Part shown: piece by piece, positions 8,539-19,598 of the stretch | Position numbering within the stretch: position 1 is the stretch's first letter | How the letters are laid out: every line of letters begins with the position of its first letter | Assembly: GCA_965220745.1 (NCBI GenBank) | Contig: CBDCQT010000011.1 | Span: 480,001-544,000 of the forward strand | Source: Alphaproteobacteria bacterium | GTDB taxonomy: Bacteria; Pseudomonadota; Alphaproteobacteria; UBA828 | DNA length: 64,000 nt | Direction: 5' to 3' | Position numbers and translations under genes: made by a program | The notes under the pieces: generated by a model | The model's database searches: none | What the model was told of the DNA's origin: nothing | Seen by the model: only the letters and a program-made list of their open reading frames with translations

Positions 8539-9717
8539 TCAGTTCCGCAGGATCACGGAATCGCCCCAGGCCGTCACCCATTGCAGGGCACGGGCGCCTG
8601 CGATCTGGCGCGGCCCAGCGTCGCCCCGCAACTGGCGCACCATCTCGCAGAGCGAGTTCCAGCCGGCGACATGAGCCTCCGAGAGAAGACCACCGGAGGT
8701 GTTGACCGGCAACGCACCGCCGGGGCCGATGCGGCCCTCTTGCACGAAGGCCGCAGCCTCCCCCGGCGCGCAGAAGCCGAAGCGCTCCAGCACGAACAGC
8801 ACCAGCGGCGAAAATGCGTCGTAGGTGTAGAGGCCCTGAATCGCCTCGCGCGGGATGTCGGCCGAGTGGTAGACCGCGAGGTCGCGGGCGGCCGGGCTTG
8901 CCGGGCGGGCGCTGCTCTGCTGATTGATGCCGAGACCCGGCGGCGCGAAGATGAACTCGTTGCGGCCCGCCGCCATCCCCTGCATCCCGGCGATGAAGAC
9001 CGGGCGTTGCCTGAGGTCGCGGGCGCGTTCGGCCGAGGTCACCAGCACCACGGCCGCGCCGTCGCTCACGATGCAGCAATCGAAGAGCCGGAGCGGGTCC
9101 ACCACCATGCGCGAGGCCTGGTGGTCGGCGACGCTCATGGGCTTCTGCATCACCGCCAGCGGGTTAAGGCGCGCGTGGGCGCGGAGCGCCACCGGCACCG
9201 CCGCAAGCTCGGCGCTAGTCGTGCCGTAAAGTGCCATGTAGCGCTGCATGGCCAGCGCGGCGCCGCCCGCCGGCGCGGTGAGGCCGTAGTGCGGCGTCTC
9301 CGCATGGGTGCCGCCGGTCTCGCGGTAGCCCTCGAAGTCGTGCGGCCCGCCCAGGATGTCGCGCTCGCGGGTGAAGCTCAGCACGTTCACGCAGGCGACG
9401 ACATTCGCCATGCCGGTCGCGACGGCCATCGCTGCCGTCTGCAGGCTGCCGGTGACGAAGCGGCCGTGGGTCCATGCCTGGTTGACGAAGCCGATTTCGA
9501 GGCCGAAGGCCTGGGCGATCTGGTCGTAGTCGACGCCGAGCGGCCAGCCGATATGGATGGAGAGGCCGTCGATGTCGCTCCGCTCGAGGCCAGCGTCCGC
9601 GAGCGCCGCCTTGAACGCCTGGGCGGCGAGCGCGAGCTGGCTCTCGGCCAGGTGGCGGCCGAACCTGCTGGCGCCGATGCCGACGATCGCCGCCTTGTCG
9701 CGCAGCACCTCCGACAC
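8539..9717 (-). CDS. Thiolase-fold (SCP2/Ltp2-like) protein
   Basis: AAIVGIG, A.LNPLA, PLRLFDCCIVSDGA, YDAFS, VNTSGGLLSEAH; GTG start at 9717 overlaps the upstream stop (ORF-track start 9852 looks over-extended). Confidence 0.87.
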   Translation of the reverse strand: MSEVLRDKAAIVGIGASRFGRHLAESQLALAAQAFKAALADAGLERSDIDGLSIHIGWPLGVDYDQIAQAFGLEIGFVNQAWTHGRFVTGSLQTAAMAVATGMANVVACVNVLSFTRERDILGGPHDFEGYRETGGTHAETPHYGLTAPAGGAALAMQRYMALYGTTSAELAAVPVALRAHARLNPLAVMQKPMSVADHQASRMVVDPLRLFDCCIVSDGAAVVLVTSAERARDLRQRPVFIAGMQGMAAGRNEFIFAPPGLGINQQSSARPASPAARDLAVYHSADIPREAIQGLYTYDAFSPLVLFVLERFGFCAPGEAAAFVQEGRIGPGGALPVNTSGGLLSEAHVAGWNSLCEMVRQLRGDAGPRQIAGARALQWVTAWGDSVILRN

Positions 9718-11303
9718 TACGCCGGGTCCGTGTCGAAGAACTCGGCGAGGCGGGATTTTTGGAGCTTGCCGGTGGTGGTGAGCGGCAGCGCTCCGGCGGT
9801 GACGAAGCGGAATTCCCGCGGCACCTTGTAGGCGGCGAGGTGGGCGGAACAATGAGCGGTGAGCGCATCGGCCGTCGGCTGGGCGCCGTCGCGCGACACG
9901 ATGACCGCGGCGACCCGCTGGTCGCGCTCCGGGTCCGGCAGGCCGATCACATAGGCGAGCTCGACCTCCGGCACTTCGGTCAGCACCGCCTCGACCTCCG
10001 CCGGGGAGACGTTGATGCCGCCGGTCTTGATCATCTCCTTCAGCCTCCCGCGGAAGTGCAGGTAGCCCTCCTCGTCGACCATCCCGAGATCGCCGGTGCG
10101 GAAGTAGCCCTTGTGAAAGCTGCGCTCGTCCAGCGCCGGGTCCTTGTAGTAGCCGCAGGTGACGTAGCCCTTGACCAGAATCTCCCCGACCGAGCCGGCC
10201 GGCAGCGGCGCCAGGCTTTCGGGATCGGCGATGACGATATCGACGCCCGGCAGCGCCCGGCCCACCGTGGTAAGCCGCTTCTCCAGCGGGTCGTCCACGT
10301 CGGTGACGTTGGAATTGCCGTAGGTCTCGGTCAGCCCGTAGATGTTGCAGGTATCGGTGACGCCGAGGTCGATCAGGCGCTTGATCTGCTCCGGCGAGCC
10401 CAGCGTCGCTCCGGTGCGGAGCGAGGAGATGTCGCGTGCCGGCCGCTCCGGATGCTGCTCCAGCGCATGCACCATGTTGGGCGTGCCGTAGAAGACGGTG
10501 CAGCGCTCGGTCTCGATCAGGCGCAGCGCGCGGCCCGCGTCGAAGTGTTCCTGCAGCACGACGCAGCCGGCGTGGGTCATCACGGCGAAGAGCGCATTCT
10601 CGCAGCCGAGGCCCCAGAAGAGCGAAACCGCCAGCCAGAGCCTGTCGCCCGCGCGCAGGTGCAGGCGCTCACCGATGTTCCACATGTTCTCGATCAGGGC
10701 GTAGTGCTGCAGCTGCACGCCCTTGGGCAGCGCCGTGGTGCCCGAGGTGTAGAGCAGGTAGGCAACGTCCTCGCCGCGCACGGCGGCCTGGGCGCTCTCG
10801 ATCGTCGCATCGTCGACGGTCTCCGCCAGGTCCCACAGGGTCTCGAAGCGCCGCGCCGGGTGATCGGCCGGGCCGCCGACGCGCACGATCTCTCGCACGC
10901 CCGCCAGCGCTTCGCCGTCGCGGGCGAGCGCGTCGAGGGTCTCCAGGTAGTCGTACTTGAGGAAGCGATCGACCGTGATCAGGAACTTGGTGTCCGAATG
11001 GCTGAGCACGTGGGCGAGCTCGCGCGCCGTCGCCCAGGTGTTGATGGCGACCATGGTGCCGCCGAGGAGCGTGATGGCGAAATCCGCGAGGAGCCACTCG
11101 GGCCGGTTGCCCATCAGCAGGCCGACCTTGTCGCCCCGGCGGACGCCGAGCGCGAAGAGGCCTTTCGCCAGCCGGCGCACCTCGTCCCGCAGCCCGCGAT
11201 AGCTGAGCCGCGTCTCGCCCCCGATGAGCGCCTCCTGGTCGGGGTAGCGCGCCGCCAGCTCGTCCAGCAGGTCAGGGATGGTCTTCGCGTCGGGCGCTTG
11301 CAT
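9717..11303 (-). CDS. AMP-dependent acyl-CoA synthetase/ligase
   Basis: YTSGTTALPKG, YGLTE, TGDLG, GRLKEMIKTGG, TTTGKLQK. Confidence 0.93.
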   Translation of the reverse strand: MQAPDAKTIPDLLDELAARYPDQEALIGGETRLSYRGLRDEVRRLAKGLFALGVRRGDKVGLLMGNRPEWLLADFAITLLGGTMVAINTWATARELAHVLSHSDTKFLITVDRFLKYDYLETLDALARDGEALAGVREIVRVGGPADHPARRFETLWDLAETVDDATIESAQAAVRGEDVAYLLYTSGTTALPKGVQLQHYALIENMWNIGERLHLRAGDRLWLAVSLFWGLGCENALFAVMTHAGCVVLQEHFDAGRALRLIETERCTVFYGTPNMVHALEQHPERPARDISSLRTGATLGSPEQIKRLIDLGVTDTCNIYGLTETYGNSNVTDVDDPLEKRLTTVGRALPGVDIVIADPESLAPLPAGSVGEILVKGYVTCGYYKDPALDERSFHKGYFRTGDLGMVDEEGYLHFRGRLKEMIKTGGINVSPAEVEAVLTEVPEVELAYVIGLPDPERDQRVAAVIVSRDGAQPTADALTAHCSAHLAAYKVPREFRFVTAGALPLTTTGKLQKSRLAEFFDTDPA

Positions 11304-11501
11304 GGTGCCGGTGTCGCCAAGGGGATCGGTCGCCGGAGAATAGTCCGCGCGCGGGGGCGGGTGAACCGTCCCGCCCGAAGTTGTAGGTTAGCGGCGGCGT
11401 GTGCCTCTCGGCTTCTCCAGCCTGAGGGGCGCCCGCTGCCCGAACACAAGCTCTCCCGCCCCCGTCAAATCTCCTCTCCGCAAGGCAGGACGCACGAAAC
11501 G

Positions 11502-12647
11502 ATGGCCAACGACGTATCGACGATGCACCCCGACGACGCGGCAGAATGGCGCGCGCGCAACGTGCCGGTCTTCAACGAGAACCGCTTCAAGCTCGGCGTG
11601 TTCGGGCAGAACTGCTCCAACGGCTGCACCATCACGCACGCCGAGACGACCTTCGAGCCCACCTACGAGCACAACGTGAAGATCAGCCAGCTCGCCGATC
11701 GCCTCGGCTTCGAGCTCCTGGTCCCGGTCGGGCGGTGGCGGCACTTCGGCGGAACCACGCAGTTCAACGGCAACAACCTGGAGGTCTACACCTGGGCCGC
11801 CGCCATGGCCTGCCACACGACGGACATCATGGTCTTCGCCACCTCGCACGTGCCGACGGTGCATCCCATCTTCGCCGCCAAACAGGCCGCCACCATCGAC
11901 AACATTTCGAGCGGGCGCTTCGGCCTCAACGTCGTCTGCGGCTGGTTCAAGCCGGAGATCGAGATGTTCGGCATGGACCAGCTCGACCACGACGAGCGTT
12001 ACGTCATGGCGGACGAATGGCTCTCCATCGTGAAGCGGCTCTGGGCCGAGGACGATTTCGACCACGAGGGGGCGTACTACAGGGTCAACCAGGGATTCCT
12101 GGCGCCGAAGCCGATCCAGCGGCCCCACCCGGTGGTGATCAACGCGGGCTCCTCGGCGGCGGGCCGCGAGTTCTCCGCCAAGCTCGCCGATTTCAACTTT
12201 CTCTCGATCACCACGATGGAGAAGGCGCAAGAGATCGTGAAGGACATCCACGCCCGCGCCGCCAATCACGGCCGCCAGTGCGGCGTGATGAGCTACGGCC
12301 TGGTGTGCTGCCGCGATACCGAGGTGGAGGCGCAGGCTCTCTACCAACGTATCGTGGACGAGGGCGACTGGGGCGCAACCAACACGATCATCGAGCTCAT
12401 GCTTGGCGAGAACTACTCCTACGGCTCGAACAAGGAGCAGCTTCGCGCCATGGGCGAGCGCTTCATCGCCGGCTGGGGCGGCTACCCGCTGGTGGGCACG
12501 CCGGAGCAGGTGGTCGACAAGATGCTCGCCATCGCCGACATCGGCGTCGAAGGATTCATCCTCTCGTGGCTCGATTACCACGAGGAGCTGAAATACTTCG
12601 GCGAGAAGGTGATGCCGCTGATGCGACAGGCGGGGCTGCGCATCTAG
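11502..12647 (+). CDS. LLM-class flavin-dependent monooxygenase (RutA/SfnG-like branch)
   Basis: FKLGVFG.NCS.G, AKQAATID.IS.GRFGLNVVCGW, PKPIQ.P.P, NAGSS..GR.F, LVGTPEQV; true ATG at 11502 inside the 9759..12647 ORF. Confidence 0.88.
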   Translation: MANDVSTMHPDDAAEWRARNVPVFNENRFKLGVFGQNCSNGCTITHAETTFEPTYEHNVKISQLADRLGFELLVPVGRWRHFGGTTQFNGNNLEVYTWAAAMACHTTDIMVFATSHVPTVHPIFAAKQAATIDNISSGRFGLNVVCGWFKPEIEMFGMDQLDHDERYVMADEWLSIVKRLWAEDDFDHEGAYYRVNQGFLAPKPIQRPHPVVINAGSSAAGREFSAKLADFNFLSITTMEKAQEIVKDIHARAANHGRQCGVMSYGLVCCRDTEVEAQALYQRIVDEGDWGATNTIIELMLGENYSYGSNKEQLRAMGERFIAGWGGYPLVGTPEQVVDKMLAIADIGVEGFILSWLDYHEELKYFGEKVMPLMRQAGLRI

Positions 12648-12776
12648 GCAGACCACCGCTGTAAGCCCTGCACCAAGTGGAGCGGACGAGACCAGAACTT
12701 GTTCAGGTTCCGCAGTCGCGGCGGTATGGGATAGAGTAGCCGCCGCAAGCCGAACGGAGGGCAGAGGACGGGGCCT

Positions 12777-13274
12777 ATGTCCGACTACACGACCGAGCTC
12801 GGATCGCTCGACGACTACCGCAAGGGCGGGGTCCACATCATCAACGACGATCCGCGCAACTACGTCTTCTCCAACGTGTTCGAGGTGGCCGGCAAGTCGG
12901 CGCCGTTCGAGCGCGTGTGCGTCGCCAAGAACCTGGAGTACGCGATCGAGATCATGCGCGTCGAAGGCGCCTCGCCCTGGTTCACGGCGGGCCACGACGA
13001 GTTCGCGCTCTGCCTCGACGGCCGGATCGAGGTCGAGCTGATGAAGCATGGCGGCGACGCGCCGGAGGGCGACGGCGCGCACGCGCTTGACGGCGACCCC
13101 GACGGCCCCCGTATGGGCCGCATCCGCGCCGGGCGCGGCCACCTGACCCTGCTGCCGGCACAGGCCGCCTACCGCTTCTCGGCCGAGGCGCCGAGCGTGG
13201 TCCTGTTCCAGACGATCGACGGCCCGCTTACGATCGAGCGCTGGGCCGAGATCTGCCAGACCGGCGAGGAGTGA
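12777..13274 (+). CDS. Hydroquinone 1,2-dioxygenase small subunit (HapC/HqdA/PnpC-like)
   Basis: GSLDDYRKGGV.IINDDPRNYVFSNVFEVA..SAPFERV.VAKNLEY; C-terminal T.ERWAEICQ; adjacent large subunit. Confidence 0.85.
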   Translation: MSDYTTELGSLDDYRKGGVHIINDDPRNYVFSNVFEVAGKSAPFERVCVAKNLEYAIEIMRVEGASPWFTAGHDEFALCLDGRIEVELMKHGGDAPEGDGAHALDGDPDGPRMGRIRAGRGHLTLLPAQAAYRFSAEAPSVVLFQTIDGPLTIERWAEICQTGEE

Positions 13275-13279
13275 GAGCG

Positions 13280-14272
13280 ATGTCCGCACAGACCGCACAG
13301 GCCGCCTACACGGCCTCCGATCCCGACAACTACACCGGCTATCGCACCTTCCAGATCGGCGGCTTCGGCTTTCGCCGCGACGAGTATTTCGCCTACGTCT
13401 CCTGGCCGGACGGCTCACATCTCATGCCGGTGGACGCCTTCCTGCGCGCGCTGGTGCGCGAGGTGGCGTGGAACTTCTTCTACGGCACCCTCAACTTCGA
13501 CGACGTGTTCGGCACCACCAACCTCTACGGCCAGGTCGAGCTCTACATCGGGCGCTTCAACGACGCCTACCGCGACAACGGCCGCGACTATTCGGAGACG
13601 ATCGATTCCGACGACCTGCGGGCGACCTTCCAGGCGATGCTCGACGACTGGACCAACGCCGGTTACGACCCCTTCACGGCACCGCAGGAGACCGCGCAGC
13701 CCTTCGGCCGCAAGAGCGGGCGCAACCCCGAGGCCCTCGGCCGCGTGCGGGTGACGGCGAAGCGCATGGTGGGCCTGCCCGACGATGCGCCGCTCAGGAC
13801 CGACGAGAGCGGTTACCCGGTCAACCGCATGTTCGCCGACGTGGCGCAGGACGAGCCGGAGGTCGAGATCGAGCCCGGCTTCGAGGACGAGGTGCAGTCC
13901 TTCAACCTCTTCGCCTACCTTTCGCGCTCGGACGTGACCTGGAACCCGTCCGTCTGCTCCGTGGTGAAGGACAGCCTGTTCTGCCCCACGTCGGAGGAGT
14001 TCATCCTGCCGGTGGAGCATGGCAACGACCGCGTCGAGTGGTTCATCCAGCTCTCCGACGAGATCGTCTGGGAGGTGAAGGACAAGCATTCGGGCGACCC
14101 CCGCGCGGTGGTGACCATGCGGGCCGGTGATGTCGCCTGCATGCCGGCCGACATCCGCCACCAGGGCTTCTCGCCCAAGCGCTCGATGCTGCTGGTGTGG
14201 GAGAACGCCTCGCCGGCGATTCCCGAGATGATCGCCAAGGGCGAGGCGCCGATCGTGCCCGTGCGCTTCTAG
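13280..14272 (+). CDS. Hydroquinone 1,2-dioxygenase large subunit (HapD/HqdB/PnpD-like cupin)
   Basis: F.RDEYFA, AW.FFYG, FNLFAYLSRSDVTWNPSV, Fe-ligand motif HGNDRVEWF and PADIRHQG. Confidence 0.87.
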   Translation: MSAQTAQAAYTASDPDNYTGYRTFQIGGFGFRRDEYFAYVSWPDGSHLMPVDAFLRALVREVAWNFFYGTLNFDDVFGTTNLYGQVELYIGRFNDAYRDNGRDYSETIDSDDLRATFQAMLDDWTNAGYDPFTAPQETAQPFGRKSGRNPEALGRVRVTAKRMVGLPDDAPLRTDESGYPVNRMFADVAQDEPEVEIEPGFEDEVQSFNLFAYLSRSDVTWNPSVCSVVKDSLFCPTSEEFILPVEHGNDRVEWFIQLSDEIVWEVKDKHSGDPRAVVTMRAGDVACMPADIRHQGFSPKRSMLLVWENASPAIPEMIAKGEAPIVPVRF

Positions 14273-14332
14273 CCGCCCGGCGCCCGTCCTCTCACCCTTG
14301 CACGTACGTTTGCGTCCCGGCGCGCCCGGCGC

Positions 14333-15199
14333 ATGACCGAGATCGTCCCGCTCGCGGACGCGGTGTCGTCGCTCATTCATGACGGCGATACCGTCGCCAT
14401 GGAGGGGTTCACCCACCTGATCCCCCATGCCGCCGGCCACGCCGTGATCCGCGCGGGGCTCAGGGACCTCACCGCGGTGCGAATGACGCCGGACCTGATC
14501 TACGACCAGCTCATCGGCATGGGCTGCGTCAAGAAGCTGGTGTTCTCCTGGGGCGGCAATCCGGGGGTGGGCTCGCTGCACCGCTTCCGCGATGCGGTGG
14601 AGAAGGGCTGGCCCCGGCCGCTGGAGATCGAGGAGCGGAGCCACGCCGACCTCGCCAATGCTTACGTCGCGGGTGCGAGCGGGCTGCCCTTCTCGGTGAT
14701 CCGGGGCTATGTCGGCTCCGACCTGCCGGCGCACAACCCGATCATCAAGTTCATCACCTGCCCCTTCACCGGGGAAAAGCTCGCAGCCAGCCCCGCCATT
14801 TGCCCCGACATCGCGGTGATCCACGCCCAGCAGGCCGACCGCAAGGGCAACGTCATGCTCTGGGGCATCTCCGGCGTGCAGAAGGAGGTGGCACTCGCGA
14901 GCCGGAAGGTGCTCGTCACGGTGGAGGAGGTCGTGGACGAGCTGGAGCCCCGGCCTGGTGCGGTGCACCTGCCGCACTGGGTGGTGAGCGCGGTCTCGCC
15001 CGCGCCCGGCGGCGCCAGGCCCTCCTACGCGCTCGGCTACTACAAGCGGGACAATACGTTCTACGAGGCTTGGGACGGGATCGCGCGGTCGCGCGAAGCG
15101 TTCACCGCCTGGATGGAGCGCCACGTCCTCGGCACCGAGGATTTCGCGGACTTCGAGCGGAGCGTCGCGGCCGCGGCGGTTGCCGAGGGCGCTCGCTAG
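14333..15199 (+). CDS. CoA-transferase subunit A (3-oxoadipate/glutaconate CoA-transferase type)
   Basis: MEGFTHLIP, RMTPDLIYDQLIG, FSWGGNPGVGSLHR, GASGLPF, IHAQQADRKGNV. Confidence 0.9.
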   Translation: MTEIVPLADAVSSLIHDGDTVAMEGFTHLIPHAAGHAVIRAGLRDLTAVRMTPDLIYDQLIGMGCVKKLVFSWGGNPGVGSLHRFRDAVEKGWPRPLEIEERSHADLANAYVAGASGLPFSVIRGYVGSDLPAHNPIIKFITCPFTGEKLAASPAICPDIAVIHAQQADRKGNVMLWGISGVQKEVALASRKVLVTVEEVVDELEPRPGAVHLPHWVVSAVSPAPGGARPSYALGYYKRDNTFYEAWDGIARSREAFTAWMERHVLGTEDFADFERSVAAAAVAEGAR

Positions 15200-15240
15200 G
15201 CGTAGATAGAGGCCGCGCTGCCCATCGGGCGGTGGACCGC

Positions 15241-15330
15241 GGAGGGGTGCCGGAGTGGTCGAACGGGGCGGTCTCGAAAACCGTTGTACGCGCGAGCGTA
15301 CCGTGGGTTCGAATCCCACCCCCTCCGCCA
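15241..15330 (+). tRNA. tRNA-Ser(CGA)
   Basis: GGAGGGG acceptor stem, anticodon loop CT-CGA-AA, long variable arm, GTTCGAATC, 3' GCCA. Confidence 0.95.
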
Positions 15331-15482
15331 CCTCATCCCCGAATGGAGGTTCTCACGGGCGGCGACGGAGTTGCTCAAACTCTTCAGCAGAATTTGTTCG
15401 AGCCTAGTTCGTTGAAGGCGTCGACGCTTGGCTGAACGACCTCTCCGCTGGCCTTCTCAGCGACTTTTAACCAGCGCCCTGA

Positions 15483-17382
15483 TCAAAAAACAACGCGCAG
15501 GCCTACGTTCACCAGGTGGTCGCTGCGAGAGCCGTCGCCGGTGCGGCCTGAATAACCCAGCACGGCGGTCGCCTGCCCACCGAGGCTCATGGAAACGCCG
15601 AGATCGACGCTCAGCCAGTCCTCGGGCGGCACGAAGCCTTCCGCCGTGAACTGCCCGTTCATGGTGTTGGAGCCTGCCGTGACCGAGACGGGGTCGCCAT
15701 CGAGCTCCTTGGCATAGGCGGCGGCGGCGTAGGGACGAATGCCGAGGCTCTCCGAGCCCGCCTCGAACGAGAACCGGTAGCCGGCGCGGGCGACGAGGGA
15801 GCCGCGCTCGAACGCGGCAAAGTTCATGGCGGTGGAGGAGGTTCCGCTCTCGCGGTAGCCGTCCACCTCCTGATCGAGCCAGGAGAGGCCGAGCACCGGA
15901 CCGTGGCGGGTCCCCTCCGCCTCCCCCATCGTCCAGCCGAGGCCAAAATCGACGCCAACCTGACGCCCTGCCGTCGAGCCGCGCTCGGTGTTGACCGCCG
16001 GCCCGAGGGTCATGGAGCGCTCGATGTCCACTCCGGTTCTGCCCAGGTTCACCGCGCCGCTGAGCTGCAGTCCGCCTTGCCGCCAGGTTCCGTGCAGGGA
16101 GCCGACGGCCGTCTCGCTCTCGAGGGCGGCACCCTGGACGCCGTTGTCGTGGCGGCCCAGGCTGAGCGCCACGCCCCACCGGAAATCGCGCGACGCCCGC
16201 TGGCCTAAGCCTAGGGTCACGGCTTGCTCGTCGACCTGTGCCTCGCCGAGACGCGGCGGGGCCTCGACCGCGCGCCGGCCCGTGTGCGCAACCGCGTAGC
16301 TGTGCCAACGCCTGACCGTATACTTTCGATCGGTAAGCTGCTCGGCCGCGATGATGCTGCGGTGCGCCGCCACCGCCGCCTCGCCCGCTTCGCCGGCGAG
16401 CGAAACCTGGAGCGGCGCCTTAAGGGTTGCCGTCACCACACTTGCGAGGATCGCGTGTGCCCCCCCGCTCGGGTGCTTGTCGTCCGCGAACAGGTGGGTT
16501 CGGTTGGTGCCGGGCTCATAGGTGACTGGCGAGCCCGAGCCCGCCGGGGCGCAGACGATCGAATTAATTTCCCGGCTGACCGGCGCGCAGGCCGTCCCGG
16601 CGACACTGGTGAAGCCGTACCTCTCAGGGGTCGCCAGAAGCGTGTTGAACAGGCCGAAGGTATCGATGGGAACAATTCCGTCGTCCGTCGTCGAGCGTGC
16701 CGAGGCCCGCGTTCAGCGCCTGGTTGTAGGCCGTAACAAGCGCGGTCAGCGTCGGCGGGAAGCTCGGATCGGGGATACTCTGGGCAAACGGAGTCTGTCC
16801 CGCATCGGGCAGGTTGAGGACCACGATATGGCGCGCGCCGGCTTGCTGCAGGCGCTGGATTTCGCCCACATAGCGCTGTGCCGTCGCTGGGATGGCTGCC
16901 TGAGGATTGACGGGCTCACCCGCCGCGACGGCCTCGAGAACGGCAACGAGGTCGTTGCTCCCGGCCCAGACGGCGTAAAGGTGGTTCGGATCGGCCTCCC
17001 CCTGGGCACGCGTCAAGAGGTGCTGATCGATCTGTTGGTCGATCCTCGGCATTTCGATCCGGCCGAGCACCGGCACGGTGACGTGGCAAGGGATGTTCCT
17101 GTTCACGCAAGCGCCGCCGACAGCGAAGTTCGTGCCCCCGGCGAGCGAGGGTCCTCCCGGCACGCCGTAGGTCTCGGCCACGATTTCGGCCCAGATCGGG
17201 TCGGGGTTGGTGGTGAAGCTGCTTCCCGCCGGCAGCCCCAGCGGCAGCGCTTTGACCACGTTGCCGGAATCGCTCAGGCTGTCGCCGAAGACGACGACGG
17301 CGTCGTAGTCCTGTGCCCGAACGCCGGAGGCGCAGGCGACGATCGCGACGGCAACAAGGAAAGCGCGGATGTGAAGACGCAT
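15483..17382 (-). pseudogene. GDSL/SGNH esterase-autotransporter (EstA/ApeE-like), frameshifted
   Basis: 5' ORF: signal peptide, FGDSLSDSGN, NFAVGGA, AGSND. 3' frame: FADDKHP and a beta-barrel ending VGLRVVF. The frames join if one copy of the tandem CGTCGTC at 16679-16692 is removed. Confidence 0.88.
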
Positions 17383-17532
17383 CAGATGGCTCCCTTACGG
17401 CACGTGGCCAGCGCCCGCGACGGCCAGAGGACCATCCGACACAGCGCTGACTCTCGGCCCTGTCTCCAAGCGACGAGCGCGTTCGCGCACCACTATCGAC
17501 TCTCGCCGCCGTCTGCGCCACCGGCCGGCGTG

Positions 17533-18422
17533 CTAGGACGCACCGTCCTCCACGGCGAGCAAAGCGGCAAGGCCGGCACGGTAATTCGGGTAGCGCAGCG
17601 TGACGCCCAGCTCGGCCTTGATGCGGGCGTTGGAGACCCGCCGGCTATCGGCATAGAAGCTCCGCGCCATCGGCGAGAGGTCCGCGTCCTCCAGGGGCAT
17701 GAGCGGCGGCGGCGCGACGCCCAGAAGGGTACAGGCGTGCGCGACGACGTCCGCTGCGGGCGCAGGCTCGTCGTCGCACACATTATATATGGCGCCTGCG
17801 TGGGGCTTGGCGATGGAGGTCGCCAGCACCTGCGCGATGTCGGCCACGTGAATGCGCGAGAAGACCTGCCCCGGCTTATCGATGCGCTTGGCTGTCCCGC
17901 GCCTCACCGCAGCCAGCGCGTTGCGACCCTGCCCGTAGATCCCGGCCAGACGAAAGACGTGCACGGCGAGGCCGTGTTCTGCGCCGAGGGCGAGCCAACT
18001 CCGTTCCGCCTCGACCCGGCGCTTCCCGCGCGCGCCGGTGGGCGCAAGTGGGGCGTTCTCGTCAACCCAGGCGCCGCCGGTATCGCCGTAGACCCCGGTG
18101 GTCGAGAGATAGCCGATCCATTCAAGGCCCTCCAGGGCGGCAATGTCGGTGCCGTGGCAGTCGAAAGCCGGATCGCCCTCTGCGTCCGGTGGGATCGAGA
18201 GAAGAATGTGGGTCGCGCCGGCGAGGCACCGCGCCGGGTCCGCAAGCGGCGCCTCGCGCGAGAAAAGGACGGCATCGACGCCTGCCTCCGCCAACGCCTG
18301 GCAACCTTCCGGCGTTCGGCAGGTGCCGGCGAGCATCCAGCCGACAGGGCCGAGCAGCGCGCCCAGGGCAGACGCGCTAAACCCGTAGCCGAAGCAGAAC
18401 AGCCGCTTGCCGCGCGCCGTCG

Positions 18423-18426
<4 letters not shown>
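17533..18426 (-). CDS. Atypical SDR/NAD-dependent epimerase (YeeZ-like)
   Basis: FCFGYGFSA, YLSTTGVYGD..G.WVDE, RLAGIYG, FSRIHVADIA; ATG overlaps the queG stop. Confidence 0.88.

Positions 18427-19594
<1,168 letters not shown>

Positions 19595-19598
<4 letters not shown>

Noticed and set aside
9759-12647. 962-aa ORF as a fusion protein
   Set aside because: The first ~580 codons are antisense to the acyl-CoA ligase; the real LLM gene starts at 11502
15331-17530. Integrative element or prophage at tRNA-Ser
   Set aside because: No integrase and no duplicated tRNA 3' end (att site) found by eye
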